The notes under the pieces were generated by a model. That model was not told the DNA's origin. It saw only the letters and a list, made by a program, of their open reading frames with translations, and did no database searches. A stretch of DNA of 57,781 bases, counting the filler, from Basidioascus undulatus (lineage: Eukaryota), in NCBI GenBank assembly GCA_000826855.1. It is 4 parts of 4 records of this genome, joined end to end, with 100 filler letters (N's around TTAATTAATTAA, not from the genome) between each part and the next. Parts side by side here need not be neighbours in the genome. Positions count along the whole stretch, not along the records: positions 1 to 14,406 come from JTLS01000736.1; 3 more parts are not named here. One strand, given 5' to 3'. Both the position numbers and the translations under genes were made by a program. Every line of letters starts with the position of its first letter. Position 1 is the stretch's first letter. Below are positions 1 through 12,685 of the stretch, one piece after another.

Positions 1-1943
1 TCAGTTAGAAAGAGACAGGTTTCTGACCTATCCTCGAAATTAGCAACCCCCAAGCACTTCCGCATCCCCGTCCCCATCCCCAACTTCGCAAGCTCCTCCT
101 CGCCCACCCACTTCCGGCGGACCGCCTCTCCCGCGTCGACCTTCCTCCGCTTCGCCTCCTTCCCTTCCTCGAGTGGAGCGAGCTCGAGCGAGTCGACGAG
201 GACGCGGTGCACGATGAGCGTCTGCCGGATGTGCGAGAAGACGTGCACAAACTGCCCGGCGGGTTTGGGGAGGGCTGCGGCGCCGGTGGGGGGGTTGGGG
301 AGGTGGGTTTGGAGGAGGGTGCGGAGCGCTTTGGAGTGTGCTGAGGGGGTGTGGGGTTTGGTGGACAGGGGCAAAGTGAGGGCGGGGAACTCGTACAGGC
401 CGCCGAGGAGCCCTGATCTCTCTCTTGTTCAGCTCTCCTAGGAGGTCTAGGATGAGAAGGGGGAAGGAGACAGGAGACGCACCGCCCTCCTCGCGCTTCA
501 CCACAAGGTACTGCGCCGCCTCCCGCGCTGCCGCGGGGCGGTACTCCACCACACCGACGACGCACTCCTCCTCGCGCGGCTTCTTGCGCTCCGCTTTGGC
601 CGGGTAGAGCGTGACGGCGTACGGCGCGGACGCGGAGAGCGGCTCGCAAGAGACGCAGAGGTCCTCGATGTCTGCTGTTGCGGGGTGCGGGGAAGTCGCC
701 TGCTGAGATGGGGAGTGAGTGTGGGTGGGATGGGCGAGGTGGGGGAGGAGAGGAGACAAACGTTGAGGTAGGCGCGGCAGGAGCTGGAGATTGGGCAGGA
801 GCCGCAGGGCGGCGTTTTGGGCGTGCAGATCGTTGCGCCTAGCTCCATGAGGGCCTGGAGAGGCAGTGGGGATACGAAGGGTGAGTCTGGTGGCCTGGGT
901 GGCGTAAAGAGAGCGGAGAGGGTACCTGGTTGAAGTTACCGGGCTGTGAAGGGTCGACAACCGCTTCGGCAGCCTTCCATAGGGCGTCAACGGTCGACTT
1001 CGCTTTGGGGTTGGCGTGCAGCGCGAGCTGCCGGGAAAGGACGCGCGCGACGTTCCCGTCGAGCTGCCTTGCCGTGCATAGGCCATGATTCAGTTGGAGC
1101 TAGGCTATGAGGGAGCAGTGCGGCGCACGATAGGCACTGGCTTGTTGAAGGCGATTGAGCAGATGGCGCCTGGCCCCCATCATGTCTTTAGGGCCTGCAC
1201 CCATCGTTCTCGACTAGCAAAGGCGATGGACTCACCAGCCGTGTACTTCCCGATTCCCGGCACGCGCTTCTCCAGCACTCCCACCTCATCAGGCACAACC
1301 CCCCCAAACTGGTCACGCACAACGATCGCGCCCTCGTGCAGCATCCGCGCGCGCCGGTAGTACCCCAGCCCGGTCCACAACGTGTTGACCTCCTCGAGCG
1401 TTGCGGACGCGAGGGACTCGAGTGTCGGGAAGCGCGCGAGCCAGCGCAAGTAGTACGGGATCACCGTCGCTGTTTGGGTCTGCTGCAGCATGATTTCTGT
1501 GGGGTGGGTGGGTGAGATGGCCGTGTGAAAGGGATGGAGGAGGGGACGGACCGGACACCCAGATCTCATACTGCCGTGTGAGAGTCGTATTCAGCCGGTA
1601 AGCAATGGGGTAAGGAAGACACGAAGATCGCTCACAGCTCGCTGGCTTCTCTCCTCGCCCACCAGGCTCGCATCCCAGTCCTTCCTCCAAGCTGATCTCC
1701 TCCGCTGCGTCAGCCTCCGCTCTCTCCCCAAGACTATTTCACCAGCTCACGCATTCCCCGATTCTCCTTCACACCCCCATACCACCCCAGCAAGTTCTCC
1801 CGGATCCGACCTTCAACAAGCCGCGCAGGCTCATGCACCGACGCGGGGTGCGCGTCGAAGGTGGACGCTGCTGGGGGCGACTCGGCGCGGGGCCGCTTCT
1901 TGAAGGATAACGTATGAGTCAGTACAGCCTGCTGAGCAGGCAT
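1..1943 (-). CDS. MUTYH: A/G-specific adenine DNA glycosylase (MutY/MUTYH), multi-exon, 3' end runs off the window
   Basis: Spliced exons read [94 protein letters not shown] (HhH-GPD plus 4Fe-4S cysteines), then DIEDLCVSC and a NUDIX-like tail (LLGGLYEFP..IFSHIRQT). ATG at 1943; no stop before position 1. Confidence 0.95.
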
Positions 1944-3486
1944 TGCGTCTGCTCGGGGCGGGCGTGAGACGGTTATGAGGGTAAGGGCAAGGAGAGAAGA
2001 CGCATCGGCAGGGAAAGTGCGTCGCGATCGGGAAGGGGCGTGCTGGGCTTGACTGCCAAACTACAAGACAACTCCGGCTCACGTTTGTCAAGTGATTTTA
2101 GTATGAAATAAAAACAAAAATGGCGGATATGTTCTCTGAATCCTTCCACCACCCTGGGGTGCGAAAGAAGAGTCACACGAGACCAGGCAGGATGTTCGTG
2201 GTCCGGTTCTCGTGCCTGCCGCTGATGGTCTCTCTTGGGTGCCAGCATGGCGAAGTTTTATTTCAATTTTATTTCAATCTACATTCAGAAGTGAGAGCAC
2301 TAAAAATTGAGTGACGCGCCGTCGGTCGTCACGCGGCAAACCTGGCATTGAGGCATGGCCGGCCAACTTGAAGAGCATCCGCACGTCGTCCTGCACCGTT
2401 CACTCCTGCGCAAACAAGCATGGATCACGCAATCGCCCGACACTCCACTTCTCCTAGAATCTCTAATATACCCTGAGGTGCGAGATCGACGGCCTGGGCG
2501 GCAAGCCACCCGAGGAGCTTGATAGGCGCGGACGGCTGCGCCTAGAAGGGTGTTGGCGAATGCTGGAGGGTGTAAAGCAGCTGCATTGCGCAGGCGGCAG
2601 GGCCCTCATGCTCTGGGGTGAGTTTTTGAATTGACAAGACTACTCACTCCGGGTGTTAGTTGATAGAGTGTGGCGTACATGGCGTGACGCAGCCCGAAGT
2701 GCCTACTTTGCCCTCGAGCGGTCTGCAGGCGCAAACACGCTGGAGGCCCTCTGCCGGCGCTTGAGCTACTCCAAATCGGCTCTGCCCTATCTGTGTCTGA
2801 AGCAAATGAAACGACGAGGACGAAAGAAGAGGTGCGTAGACTCCTCACAGTCTCAGGCGCTCGTGGACGTTGTCGCCGCGCGGTTTCATCTGGGACAGGT
2901 TTTCCAAGGCTCATGGGCAATCGCCTTTCTTGGCTGAGCTACGAGGATTCATCTACCTCCCCCCGCCGAAGACCTCCTTCCGCTCTATTTGGAGTGTTGG
3001 GACGTGCTTCCACCACTGTATGCGACCTGAAACATGCATACCACCAGATGGGCTATCACATCGTGAGCAATGAGCGAGTTCGGCTTTGCTCCTGGACCGA
3101 TCGACCATCCATAGCACAGGTACTCGATAGTCATCCAGACGTTCTTGGACGAAACAACCCAAAAGCTGCGGTCGAGTCGCTGTCGATGTTCAGCTCGACA
3201 AGCGTGCCTTGCGGCTGCGAGTGGAACGATTCACTGAAAAGTGAACTGCTTGATTTAAACTGTCAGACTTGGCCCTCAGGACTATGGCGTTAAGCTAAAT
3301 GCAATACGGTGGTACAGAGGGATGAGTTTGCTTTTCACAGCAGATGAAGGCTTGCACGGCATAGCTGTCCGTGGCAAACTATTACCTTCCCCAACTTCTC
3401 ATAAATTTTGTTCGATTCACCAACACCAAATCCATCGAGTCAGCGTCTGTTTCACCGTCTCTGGGACGACGGCGTTCGTGATCCGG

Positions 3487-3780
3487 TCAAACTACAGTGA
3501 TGCACCCGTACCCCGTCACGCGGACCCGCGCGTTCGCGTCCTCGCACAGATCACAAACCGGGTAGATGGCGGCCTCGGTGTGCTCGGGGAAGTGCGAGAA
3601 GAGCGTCGGGATGGCGCGCCCGAGGTGGAGCTGCGTGGACGGGTCCTGCGAGTGCGTGTACGGTGCCAAGGTCCGGTTGACGGCGCGGAGAGCAGCGCGA
3701 GCACCCGCCTGACTTCGGAGGGAGGCGGGGGAAGCACAGCGGACATGCCCTGGGGAAGAGTCCGCGGTAGCGAGCGAGAC
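3487..3780 (-). pseudogene. Truncated apoptosis inhibitor 5 (API5)-like fragment
   Basis: LGRAIPTLFSHFPEHTEAAIYPVCDLCEDANARVRVTGY resembles the API5 N-terminal motif (IP.FF.HFP...AI....DLCED....R). It stops at TGA 3487-3489, has no in-frame ATG, and no continuation is recognisable. Confidence 0.55.
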
Positions 3781-5874
3781 GATGGGGAAGGGGAGAGTAA
3801 GATTGGGAAGAGGACGAGGACGGCAGGCTGCGAACGTGAAAGTAGTAGGCGAGCGCTACAGCAACTCCAGCAGATCGCTCTGCGTCCTCGTATTTTGGCA
3901 GTATATCACATTTAAGGAGTATCCCTCAATCAGCTTGTTAAAGTCGAAGTAACTTGCATCCTCCAACCAGGGTTCTTGCGGCGGTTGGCGTTGCAACTCG
4001 CGAGCTCGCGCGAAAGCGAGCCTCTGCCACCAGCAAATGTACTTAGAACCTGTGGGGGGATGTCTCATTCATCTGGAATTTTATTCCAACGGAACGGGAT
4101 TTTCAGGTCCGCAGCAAAAGATCAGTGATTCACTCGATATGCACAGCCGGCTTCCGAGCAGCCACGCCTCGCCGGCCGGAAGCCGCGTTCCACCACGTGT
4201 GGACATAGGCTGGTTTGTTTCGTGATACAGGTGTATCGGCCACCGCTTGAACTGGACTATCTGCAACCCCAGCAGTGAAGTCGTGAGGCATAGGTCGAGT
4301 CGGAATCCTGAATATCATACCAGACACGAGATGAGGAGCAACCCACGTCGAGTGGTGGCTGTCAGCTGCAGGCGCTTCTTAGTAGTGTTTTTTTGGAGTC
4401 TTCGGAATCCTCTGAATTCTTTTAATGAGGGTATCCAGTTCGTACGACCGGAGCGGTGACTCGGGCGAGCATCCAGCGTGGTTCTTTGGGTGCGTGCGTT
4501 TCTCAGCCAAGATGTTCGACTATGGCAGCGCCCAATCCGAGGACTGGGTTAAGAACACAGTTGTATTGATATATTCTAAACTAGCTAAACATTCCTGCTG
4601 TGCGTATGTGCGCATGCGTGCGTGACCGTGCTGTCAAGTGGGAGCGGACGGTTCTTAGCGGTGCGTTGCATTCTGTGGGACTGGAACTCCACTAGACTAC
4701 TAACTCTGCATCCTTGCAATGTAATAATGATCTGCTACTAGAGCCCGGGCATTGCCGCCCCTCTGCGGTGTAGTATTCATACCACCACTCGCAAAGGCTG
4801 GATCAAGGTGCACGATGCCGAACTTCGCTGGGCACACATCGGTGATGGGGAGCCACATCTGCGATGTTGCGGCTCCAACGGGCCTGTGGATCTCATCTTG
4901 TGTTCCAGAACCATCCAGAATTGACGTAAGAACTGGTGATACAAACTAGCGACGCTGCTGTCCATTTGCAGGACCCGCATACCACAAACTGGAAGTCGGT
5001 CTTTTCACCCGCCCGCACATCTGTTGTCCATTTTGATTTTGTGCGCAGCTATGAATAGGTAGGACAAGCGAAGATTGCAGAGAACAGCTTGGAAAGCGCC
5101 CGCCGAAACCGGGGGATTGGGCTCGTGAATGAATGGTTGGCTGCCGGCCGCCGAGGAAGGCGGTAACCAAGCACAACTCGCTGACCGACGGCCGGCTCCC
5201 GAAACACGTGAGGGATGGGAACTCACCCAGCACTTATATCTGAAGTCCCGAGCAACACTGTAGGTTTCAATCCAGCGGTTCAGAGCTCGTTGAAGAGGCT
5301 GCCAAAGGAGGATGACTCTGATGATTACAGTCATCGGCGCTCGTAAGAGGCGCCAGACCGGACCAGACACGCAAATTTAGCGACACAGCTGTAGACCCAT
5401 ACCTTTGCACGTTGAGAAATACTATCTCATAAATATTCACAGTGTGTGTGGACGGTGCAGTGCTGGATCGCACATGATATCTGCGGGCAAAGCCGTCGGG
5501 CATCCTGGCGCGACCGAGGTTCGGCGACTCGGGGGAGAAATGTGCAAGGCCGAGCTGACAGTCAGCGTGGCTTCGTGCCGCCCTCCGCGTCATTCTCAGT
5601 CCAATCTTGCCGTCGCCCTCCATCTTCTTCGTCGCACCCCTCTTGCTCTCCATTCGCCACAGCGAGCACGCACCTACACACGCCCCCTGAAGCACTCTCT
5701 AGCGACCCTCCATACCCGACGCGCGACGACCCGAGCTCTCGGCGGTCCCCGGCAAGCGTCCGCTCCAACTGTCGCGTGTCGCGCTTCACGCTCTCCGTGG
5801 GCGCATCGCGTTAATATCGGCAACCTCCACCGTTCAGCAACCAGGTCTTCTGGCTTTCTCTGCTCTCCACGGCC

Positions 5875-8800
5875 ATGTCAAGCGACGAGGAGCACTACGA
5901 CGATCACCACGGCAATGACGGCAACAAGAAGCGCAAGATTACCAGGGCGGTCCGTCCACGCTTCCTAAGGCGGTGCAAGGGACCTTGGCGAGGCTGACTG
6001 CAGATGTCTCCCCTCTATCAGTGCGATGTCTGCAGGTGAGATAGGTTATGGTGGGGGGGTTGCTGAAATCGCCAGGGAAATGCTGATGGGTGTTCTGGGG
6101 TGCCTGGCTAACAGGCGGAAAAAGATCAAGTACGTCGCTAGCTTGCAGTCTTGAAGGTGGACAGTGAGAAGGTGCTTACTGTGCCTCGTTTCACAGGTGT
6201 GATGGTCCCAGCAAGTCCATAGGCGACCGATGCAGCCACTGCATCCAGTTTGATCTCGCGTGTACCTGTGTGTTCTCGCGCTGTGATTTTCGATGGCTCG
6301 AGTTCTGACTGCGAGTTTCGGTTTCACAGATGTCGAGGCCGCGAAGCGGCGCGGACCGCCGAAGGGGTACATCGAGAGTTTGGAGAACCGCGTGGCTCGG
6401 ATGGAGGCTCTTATAGAAGCTGTGCGTCCTTGGCTTCTTTCTGCCTGCGCGATCTTCGCTGACGTTCCTTACACAGCTTCAACCCGGCACCGACTTCACG
6501 CCCGACATCGGCCTGCCTGTCTACCGGGACACGTTCGAGTCGGGCGGCCCGATGGACACCTCGCGCTGGAACAAGCAAGGCAGGAAGGGCTCGTCCGCAG
6601 CAACCCCGGCGAGCGCGAGCGCCTTGCAACCGCCGGCGAGCGTCTCCGCGCCCGGAAGCGCTTTCGACCCCGGCGCGAGCAGGTCGACCTCGGTATCGGT
6701 GAAGGAGGGCCCCGACAGCGAGGAGGAGGAGGCCACCGAGCGGGACGTCGCGCACCACATGAGCCACCTGGCTATGTCCAAGACGAAGGACTATCGCTTT
6801 CTGGGCAAGAGCTCGAGTCTACATCTGGGTGCGTCTCTTTTCCATTGCGTTCTACCATATGTGCAATCTAACAGCGGCGTACAGTCGCTACGGTCGACGA
6901 CTACCGCTCTTCGCTCATGGGCACGAGCAACTCGGACCTGACCGAGTCGCTGCTGCGCGAGCGCCGGACCGAGTTCTGGAACGACCACGAGTGGGAGGTG
7001 ACAGCGGACGAGACGTACGACAGCGCGACGCACGCGTCGTACACGGCCGCGGACCTCCCGCCCGAAGACCTCCTGCGCCAGCTGCTCGACATCTACTTCG
7101 AGTGCATCAACTCGTACATGCCGCTGCTGCACCGGCCGACGCTCGAGCGCGAGCTCGCAGAGCGCCGCGACGACCGCAAGATCGGTGCCAAGATCCTCCT
7201 CATCTGCGCGCTCGCGAGCCGCTACTCGGACGACCCGCGCGTCGTCAACCCGCAGGACCTCGACGAGCACGGGAAGCAGAAGTACCGCCGCTCGGCAGGG
7301 TGGCCGTTCTTCGTCGCGTTCGAGACCAAGTGCAAGCGCAGCTTCCTCATCGCGCCGAGCACGGACGATCTCCAGAACATCGCTGTGCGTCTCGCTGCCG
7401 TCTTCAGCTTGCAATCTGAGACGAAAACTGACGCGGTGACTCGCAGCTGCTGGCGACGTATCTGCAAGGCGGGCCGTTCGGGCAAGTCTGCTGGTCGCTT
7501 TCAGCAATTGGTCTCATCATCGCGCAAGTACGGCTGTCCCATCTCCCTCCCGCAGCCCAGCAGACTGAATCAATTGTTCTCCGCAGGACATCGGTGTTCA
7601 CCGCCGCAACTCTGCCCGCTGGCCCGACCCGGTGGACAACGAACTGCGCAAGCGGGCTTTCTGGTGCGTTCGCCCGCTTCTCGCCTGGCCTTGCTGATAG
7701 GAGCTGACACTTTTGGATAGGACGCTGTATGGCCTTGACCGCCATGCGAGCGCTGCCTTCGGGCGCCCGTGCACGTTGCGCGACGAGGAGTGCGTGTCCA
7801 TTTTCCCGAGGCCGCTGTGCCATCTCGACTGAACCTCGATTTGTTGTGCAGCTTCGATGTTGACCTGCCAAGTCCCCTTCCTGACGAGGTCGGCATGCCG
7901 ATGGAGACGTCCGTCATCTTCTCCAACAGCCTCATCCGCCTTCTTGGCATTCTGGGCGAGGTTCTCCGCACAATCGTCGGTCACGCATGCGCGAATCACC
8001 CCGCACTTTCTCCGAAGGCTAATCGAACTGCGTGCGTTTGCAGTATCCGATGAACAAGAAGAGTCGTTCGACGAACGGCGCAATCTCCGACGCCGAGCAG
8101 AGCGTGATGGACGTGGCTGCGCTGGACTCGAAGCTCAACAGTTGGCTGGAGAGCGTGCCGGAAATGCGTTCGTCTCAGCCTCCCTACCTTATCTAAGTTT
8201 CTCTGACCTCTGTCGCTGAACGCCTCGTAACGCAGTCAAGTGGAACCGTACGCGCGCTTTTGCCGCTGCGAATCACGTTCGAAGCTAACCACAGCCCGGC
8301 CACAGCCCATCGCGAGGACCCGATCACGTTCGCCCAGATGTGCTTCCTACAGTCCGCGTACTACAACGTGCAAGTACGGCGTTCATGTTGTCCTAGTTCC
8401 GGTCTTCCCGGTCTTACGTCTTGATGCCAGATCTACATCCACCGCCCCTTCATTCCTACCCCCCGCCGACCCTCACCTCTCCGTTTCCCTTCGCTCGCAA
8501 TCTGCACGAACGCCGCTCGCTCGATGGCGCACGTCATCGACCTGTACCGCAGGCGCTCGACGCAAGAATACGGCGGGGGAATCATCATGCTCACCCACGT
8601 GCGTTCTCATGCCACGCCCGTCTCGATGCCGGTTCTCTCGCTAATTTAGATTGGCGCGCACAGTCGTTCATGGCCGCCATCGTGCTCCTCATCAGCGTCT
8701 GGGGGGGCAAGAAGAACGGGCTCGCGTCAGGGACGCCGGACATGCAGATGAAGGGTGCGTCCGCCTTGTTTGCATCATAGGAAGGTGTGCTGAGCCGTCG

Positions 8801-9939
8801 TCGAACGTGCAGAGGTCGCCAGCTGCATGAACTACATCCACTCCCGTGAGAACGACTTCCTGTTGGCCGGCAAGCTCTGGTGAGATGCCCTGTTCGTTCG
8901 CGAGCGTGATCGCATAATTGAAGTCTATGTGCTTGCCGCAGGGACGTCCTCAAGGAGCTCGCGTATGTCGGAGACCTTCCACTCGCCGAACCCAGCCCGC
9001 CCGACGGGCGTGACCGCACGCCGAGCGAAAGCTCTGCCTCAAACTCTGCAGCCCATTCGCCCAACATCTGCTCTTTCATGATGGAGCAGCAGCAGATGTC
9101 TCCGACCGACTCCTCGAGCTCGGCGCGCAGGATCGCGGCCTTGCCCACTCCGGGCGGTCCGCGTCGCCGCGTCAAGTCCGGCCAGCTCGGCATGCAGCAG
9201 CGCGCGGCTGCGATGGAACGCCTTCCGATGTCGACGCTCGACCTGGCCGGCTTCCCCTTTGCCGGCGAACCAAAGTCCGCGCAGCCTGTCGGCACCTTCA
9301 TGGCTCAGCCGGGCGCTATGCTTCCGCCCCCGCTGCCGCAAGTATCGGGCTCCTCTGGCCCAGGACTCGAGTTCGCCGTCGGCGGGATCCAGAGCGCGCC
9401 GTTCCCGACCCAGGCGCCCGCGCCTCCGATCGCTCCGGCTCCCGGTGCTGGCCTGCCGCGTCGGTGGGGCGACCCGGGCCTGCCGCCCCTCCACGCGAAC
9501 GGCTTCCCCCAAGGCGTCGAGTCGTCCACGCAGCCCGAGCTCTACTCCTCCGCCTACGCGCCCCCGCCGCATATGTCTCAGAGCGTGCCCTACGGCTTGC
9601 CGTCCGACGCGTCTGCGGGACGGCCGCTCGCCACCCCGAGCGGGTGGCAGCAGCACGCGCCGAGCGTGCAGGCGCATAGTGCGGACGACTCCGTCGGCGA
9701 CATGTGGTCCCTTGTGCCATCGCTGACGGCCGACCCAAGGTGAGCTTCGACTTCGCATGTCTATCCGTCACATTACGCTCTATCCGTCGCATTGCGCGCT
9801 CACACCTGCCTTACCCTCTTCCACCAGTGCCGACGAGTGGGCCAACTTCTTCAGCAACTTCCACGCATTCTCGCCCGCTGCGTCCACTGCGTACCCTCCG
9901 CAAAGCCTTGGTGCACCGCCTCCGCCGGAGCGGAGATGA
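5875..9939 (+). CDS. Zn(II)2Cys6 transcription factor with fungal-specific TF domain, many introns
   Basis: Spliced N-terminus KKRKITRA|CDVCR|RKKIK|CDGPSKSIGDRCSHCIQFDLACT|YVEAAKRRGPPKGYIESLENR. Middle region has RFLGKSS, YFECINSYMPLLHRPT, ELRKRAFW and IYIHRPFI. Ends PPPPERR* at 9939. Confidence 0.93.
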
Positions 9940-11056
9940 TGCGCGAACCTTCATCTGCACATAGCTGCACACCATTCCTCTTCCGGTTTTCCTGGACTGT
10001 TCAGGCTTCTCTCTTGCATTCCCGCCATGTATAAATGTACACCACCGCACCTCGCAGTTTGGTCGCGCCGCATCTTGTCCCCACTCCATCTTGACAATCT
10101 TTTTTGAACCCGTTTTGGGTCGAACACTATTTACACATGATCCTGCGCCGTAATCGACTGGCTTGACAAGATCGTCTGTGATGCTAGTACACCCCTGGGA
10201 GGCGTCGTAACTTGCTCCAGCCGCGTCCAGGAAGGGATCCCAAGCTGGCGAATCATGAACGAACCCTACATAGACCGTATCCTTGCCTTATCTTCCTTTT
10301 TTCGCCTTGCCTGCCTTCAGTAACTCTTTGGGATGTTCTTCGACCGGCAGAGGTTGCTCGAACTGTGTATTCAAGAAAAATTGCACAATGCTCAGGTTGC
10401 TGACGTCAGCAGGGGCATCTTATCGCTCGCAACGCTCGGCCCGGGCGTCGTTGCTGTCAATGTTGAGGATTTCATAAAAAGCTCTTCGCCTCGCTCTGCA
10501 GCCTTGGCCTTCGACCACCATAATCGTTCAAACCATCAGTTCAATTAGAGATTTCACCGTACGCTTGACGAAATCGCGGGGTACCTTATATGCAGCTTTC
10601 GCACTGACTGGCTTCTTGGTTCCTTACAGCTCATGACCGCTTTGCCACTGTGACACCAGCCTATCCAGCTCAATCCTCCCTTCATGAACCAGCCGTCGGA
10701 CTTGCCTCTGGAAACACCGGAAACAGGCAAGTGAAATTTCTGCCCGCTAGATGATTTTGTTGGCTGACGTCCAAAGAGCCACCAGCGATCGATCCGTCAC
10801 TGCTCTCGCTCTCGCTCCCGCCCATCAACGACGCTGAGCTCGACGCACTGCTCGCATCGGCGTCCGCATCGTCAGGCGCCTACACCTCTGCAGTTCAATT
10901 AACAGCAGCTCCCGCGGAAGCGGTGTGGGATGCGTTCTTGAGGGAGGAATGGACCACGGGCGGGCTGAGGACTCCGAGCACGGGCTATACAGAATCTAGC
11001 GGTATGTCTAAGAATGTTCACCGAATATGAATTTGAGTATTTACCCTCCTTAAACA

Positions 11057-11686
11057 ATGGGCTCGTTTGTCGCCCCCTCGGCGGTGGCGTCAACAAGCAC
11101 AAGCACGCAAGCGTCCTCCTTGTCTCGGTGCGCACTCGTTCCTACGTGCCCCAGAGTTTTGTTGAGTTAGGCATGCTGACGGGTCCTTTTCTGAAGGGAA
11201 ATTTCTCTCTCTCCGCCACTCGTCTCCCCTAACTACGCCTCTGACGATGCTCGCTGGGCCGCAACTCTCTCGCGCGAACGTAGCGCGGACGGACACTTCG
11301 TCTATTGCGTCCTCTCCACCAAAATCTACTGCCGACCTTCCTGTTCATCCCGTCGACCCAAACGCGAGCAAGTCGTCTTTCATCCCGCTCCAGCTGCCGC
11401 CGCTGCGGCGGGTTTCCGCTCTTGCAAGCGCTGCAAGCCGGACGAGGCGGGCCTGGACCCCGCCCGCAAGCGCCAGGAGGAGGTCGTCGAGCGCGCAAAG
11501 GCAATAATGAGGGAAAAGATTAAGGCGACTGGGAATGGGGTGGACGCCATGCCGAGCTTGGCGGCATTGGCGAAGTCGGTGGGAATGAGCGCGTGGCACT
11601 TTCATCGGGTCTTCAAAGCCAAGGAAGGGTGCACGCCGGATGTATGGGGCAAGAGACTGAAGGAGGGGAGGAGAGGCCCGAGTTGA
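11057..11686 (+). CDS. Ada-like methylphosphotriester-DNA methyltransferase / AraC-HTH regulator (Ada Zn-binding domain plus HTH), about 186 aa; intron 11128-11196
   Basis: Missing from the ORF track. Exon 2 reads DDARWAATLSRERSADGHFVYCVLSTKIYCRPSCSSRRPKREQVVF..AGFRSCKRCKPD, with all four Ada-N cysteines. It is followed by PSLAALAKSVGMSAWHFHRVFKAKEGCTP (AraC HTH) and TGA at 11684-11686. The start codon is uncertain. Confidence 0.88.
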
Positions 11687-12685
11687 GATGCAATATATTA
11701 TTTTCACAGCTCCCTCTGGTTATGCTTGTACTGGCTCGGTACGAGCGCACCCAGTGCTGCTAGGCTTCCTGCTGAGTGGCTTGATTGAGCCGTCTGCCTT
11801 AATAGGACTATGGAGAGACAGCATGCTCAGCATCACATTTACACTTTCTGACCAAGTCCTGGTGTTCGATGGCGCTCTGCGCTGAAGTCCCGAATGATCA
11901 TAATGAACGAGACGTACAGACACCACCCACCAGTGTGGTTGCAACGTCGACTGAACGCACAGTACTCCAGCAGATTCATAACGGGTTGTGGAATTTACTA
12001 AGTCTTCGAGACAGCGTGAATTACTCTCCCTCGAAGCCAAGAACTGTCCAGCAAGGGTACAGGTGGCCGTGCTCTTTCCCAGCCTCCTTCCACGACTTAC
12101 TTGCCTCAATATTTTAATGAAGGCTCTCGGATTATGGGCCAGCAGCTTGAGGGATTATTATCCCAAATTTTGCGTGAGCTAATCCAAGTGTTGGAGTAGA
12201 GCGAGACTGAAGCTGTATAGGGTGGAACGAATGAAGCCCCGGTGCTTCTGTGCTTTCAACGCCATGGCAGGGATGCCCAGTGTGGTATCCATTCATAATC
12301 CAAGGAAAAAAGAGTCCTAAAGTGTTCTCTACTGCAATAGAGACAGCCTTTAGTCCCATGTATCTTTCTGCAACCAAGGCACGGGAGGCCGCGTTGGGCA
12401 GACTGAGTGTGCACAGTGTCCAACGTGTCGCCGGACTCGCTCACATGCGAGTATTCCGGCCGAGGGCGTATTGGAGTATGGAATGTGAAACGTGTATGGA
12501 AACCTAAAATCCTCAAAGCTCGGTTCAGAGAGAAGGTGAAGCCCAGAAGCGAAAAGGAAGAACGTCGAAGTCGCTGCTGCTTTCATCATCTTTTCAGACA
12601 AGGAGCCGCGCAAGCGCGTGCGACCTCATAGAAAAACGGCGATGTGCTACTCATAAATCAGCTAGATAGGAGCACGGGCACAGCC

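Noticed and set aside
2985..3060. LFGVLGRASTTVCDLKHAYHQM as a Ty3/gypsy reverse-transcriptase motif (DLxxAYHQ)
   Set aside because: No downstream PFGL or YxDD motifs, and no LTRs or other pol domains; too short to support a call.
1..11686. MUTYH plus the Ada-like gene as a DNA-repair gene cluster
   Set aside because: They are about 9 kb apart with an unrelated transcription factor between them, and no shared motif was seen. Chance is sufficient without synteny data.
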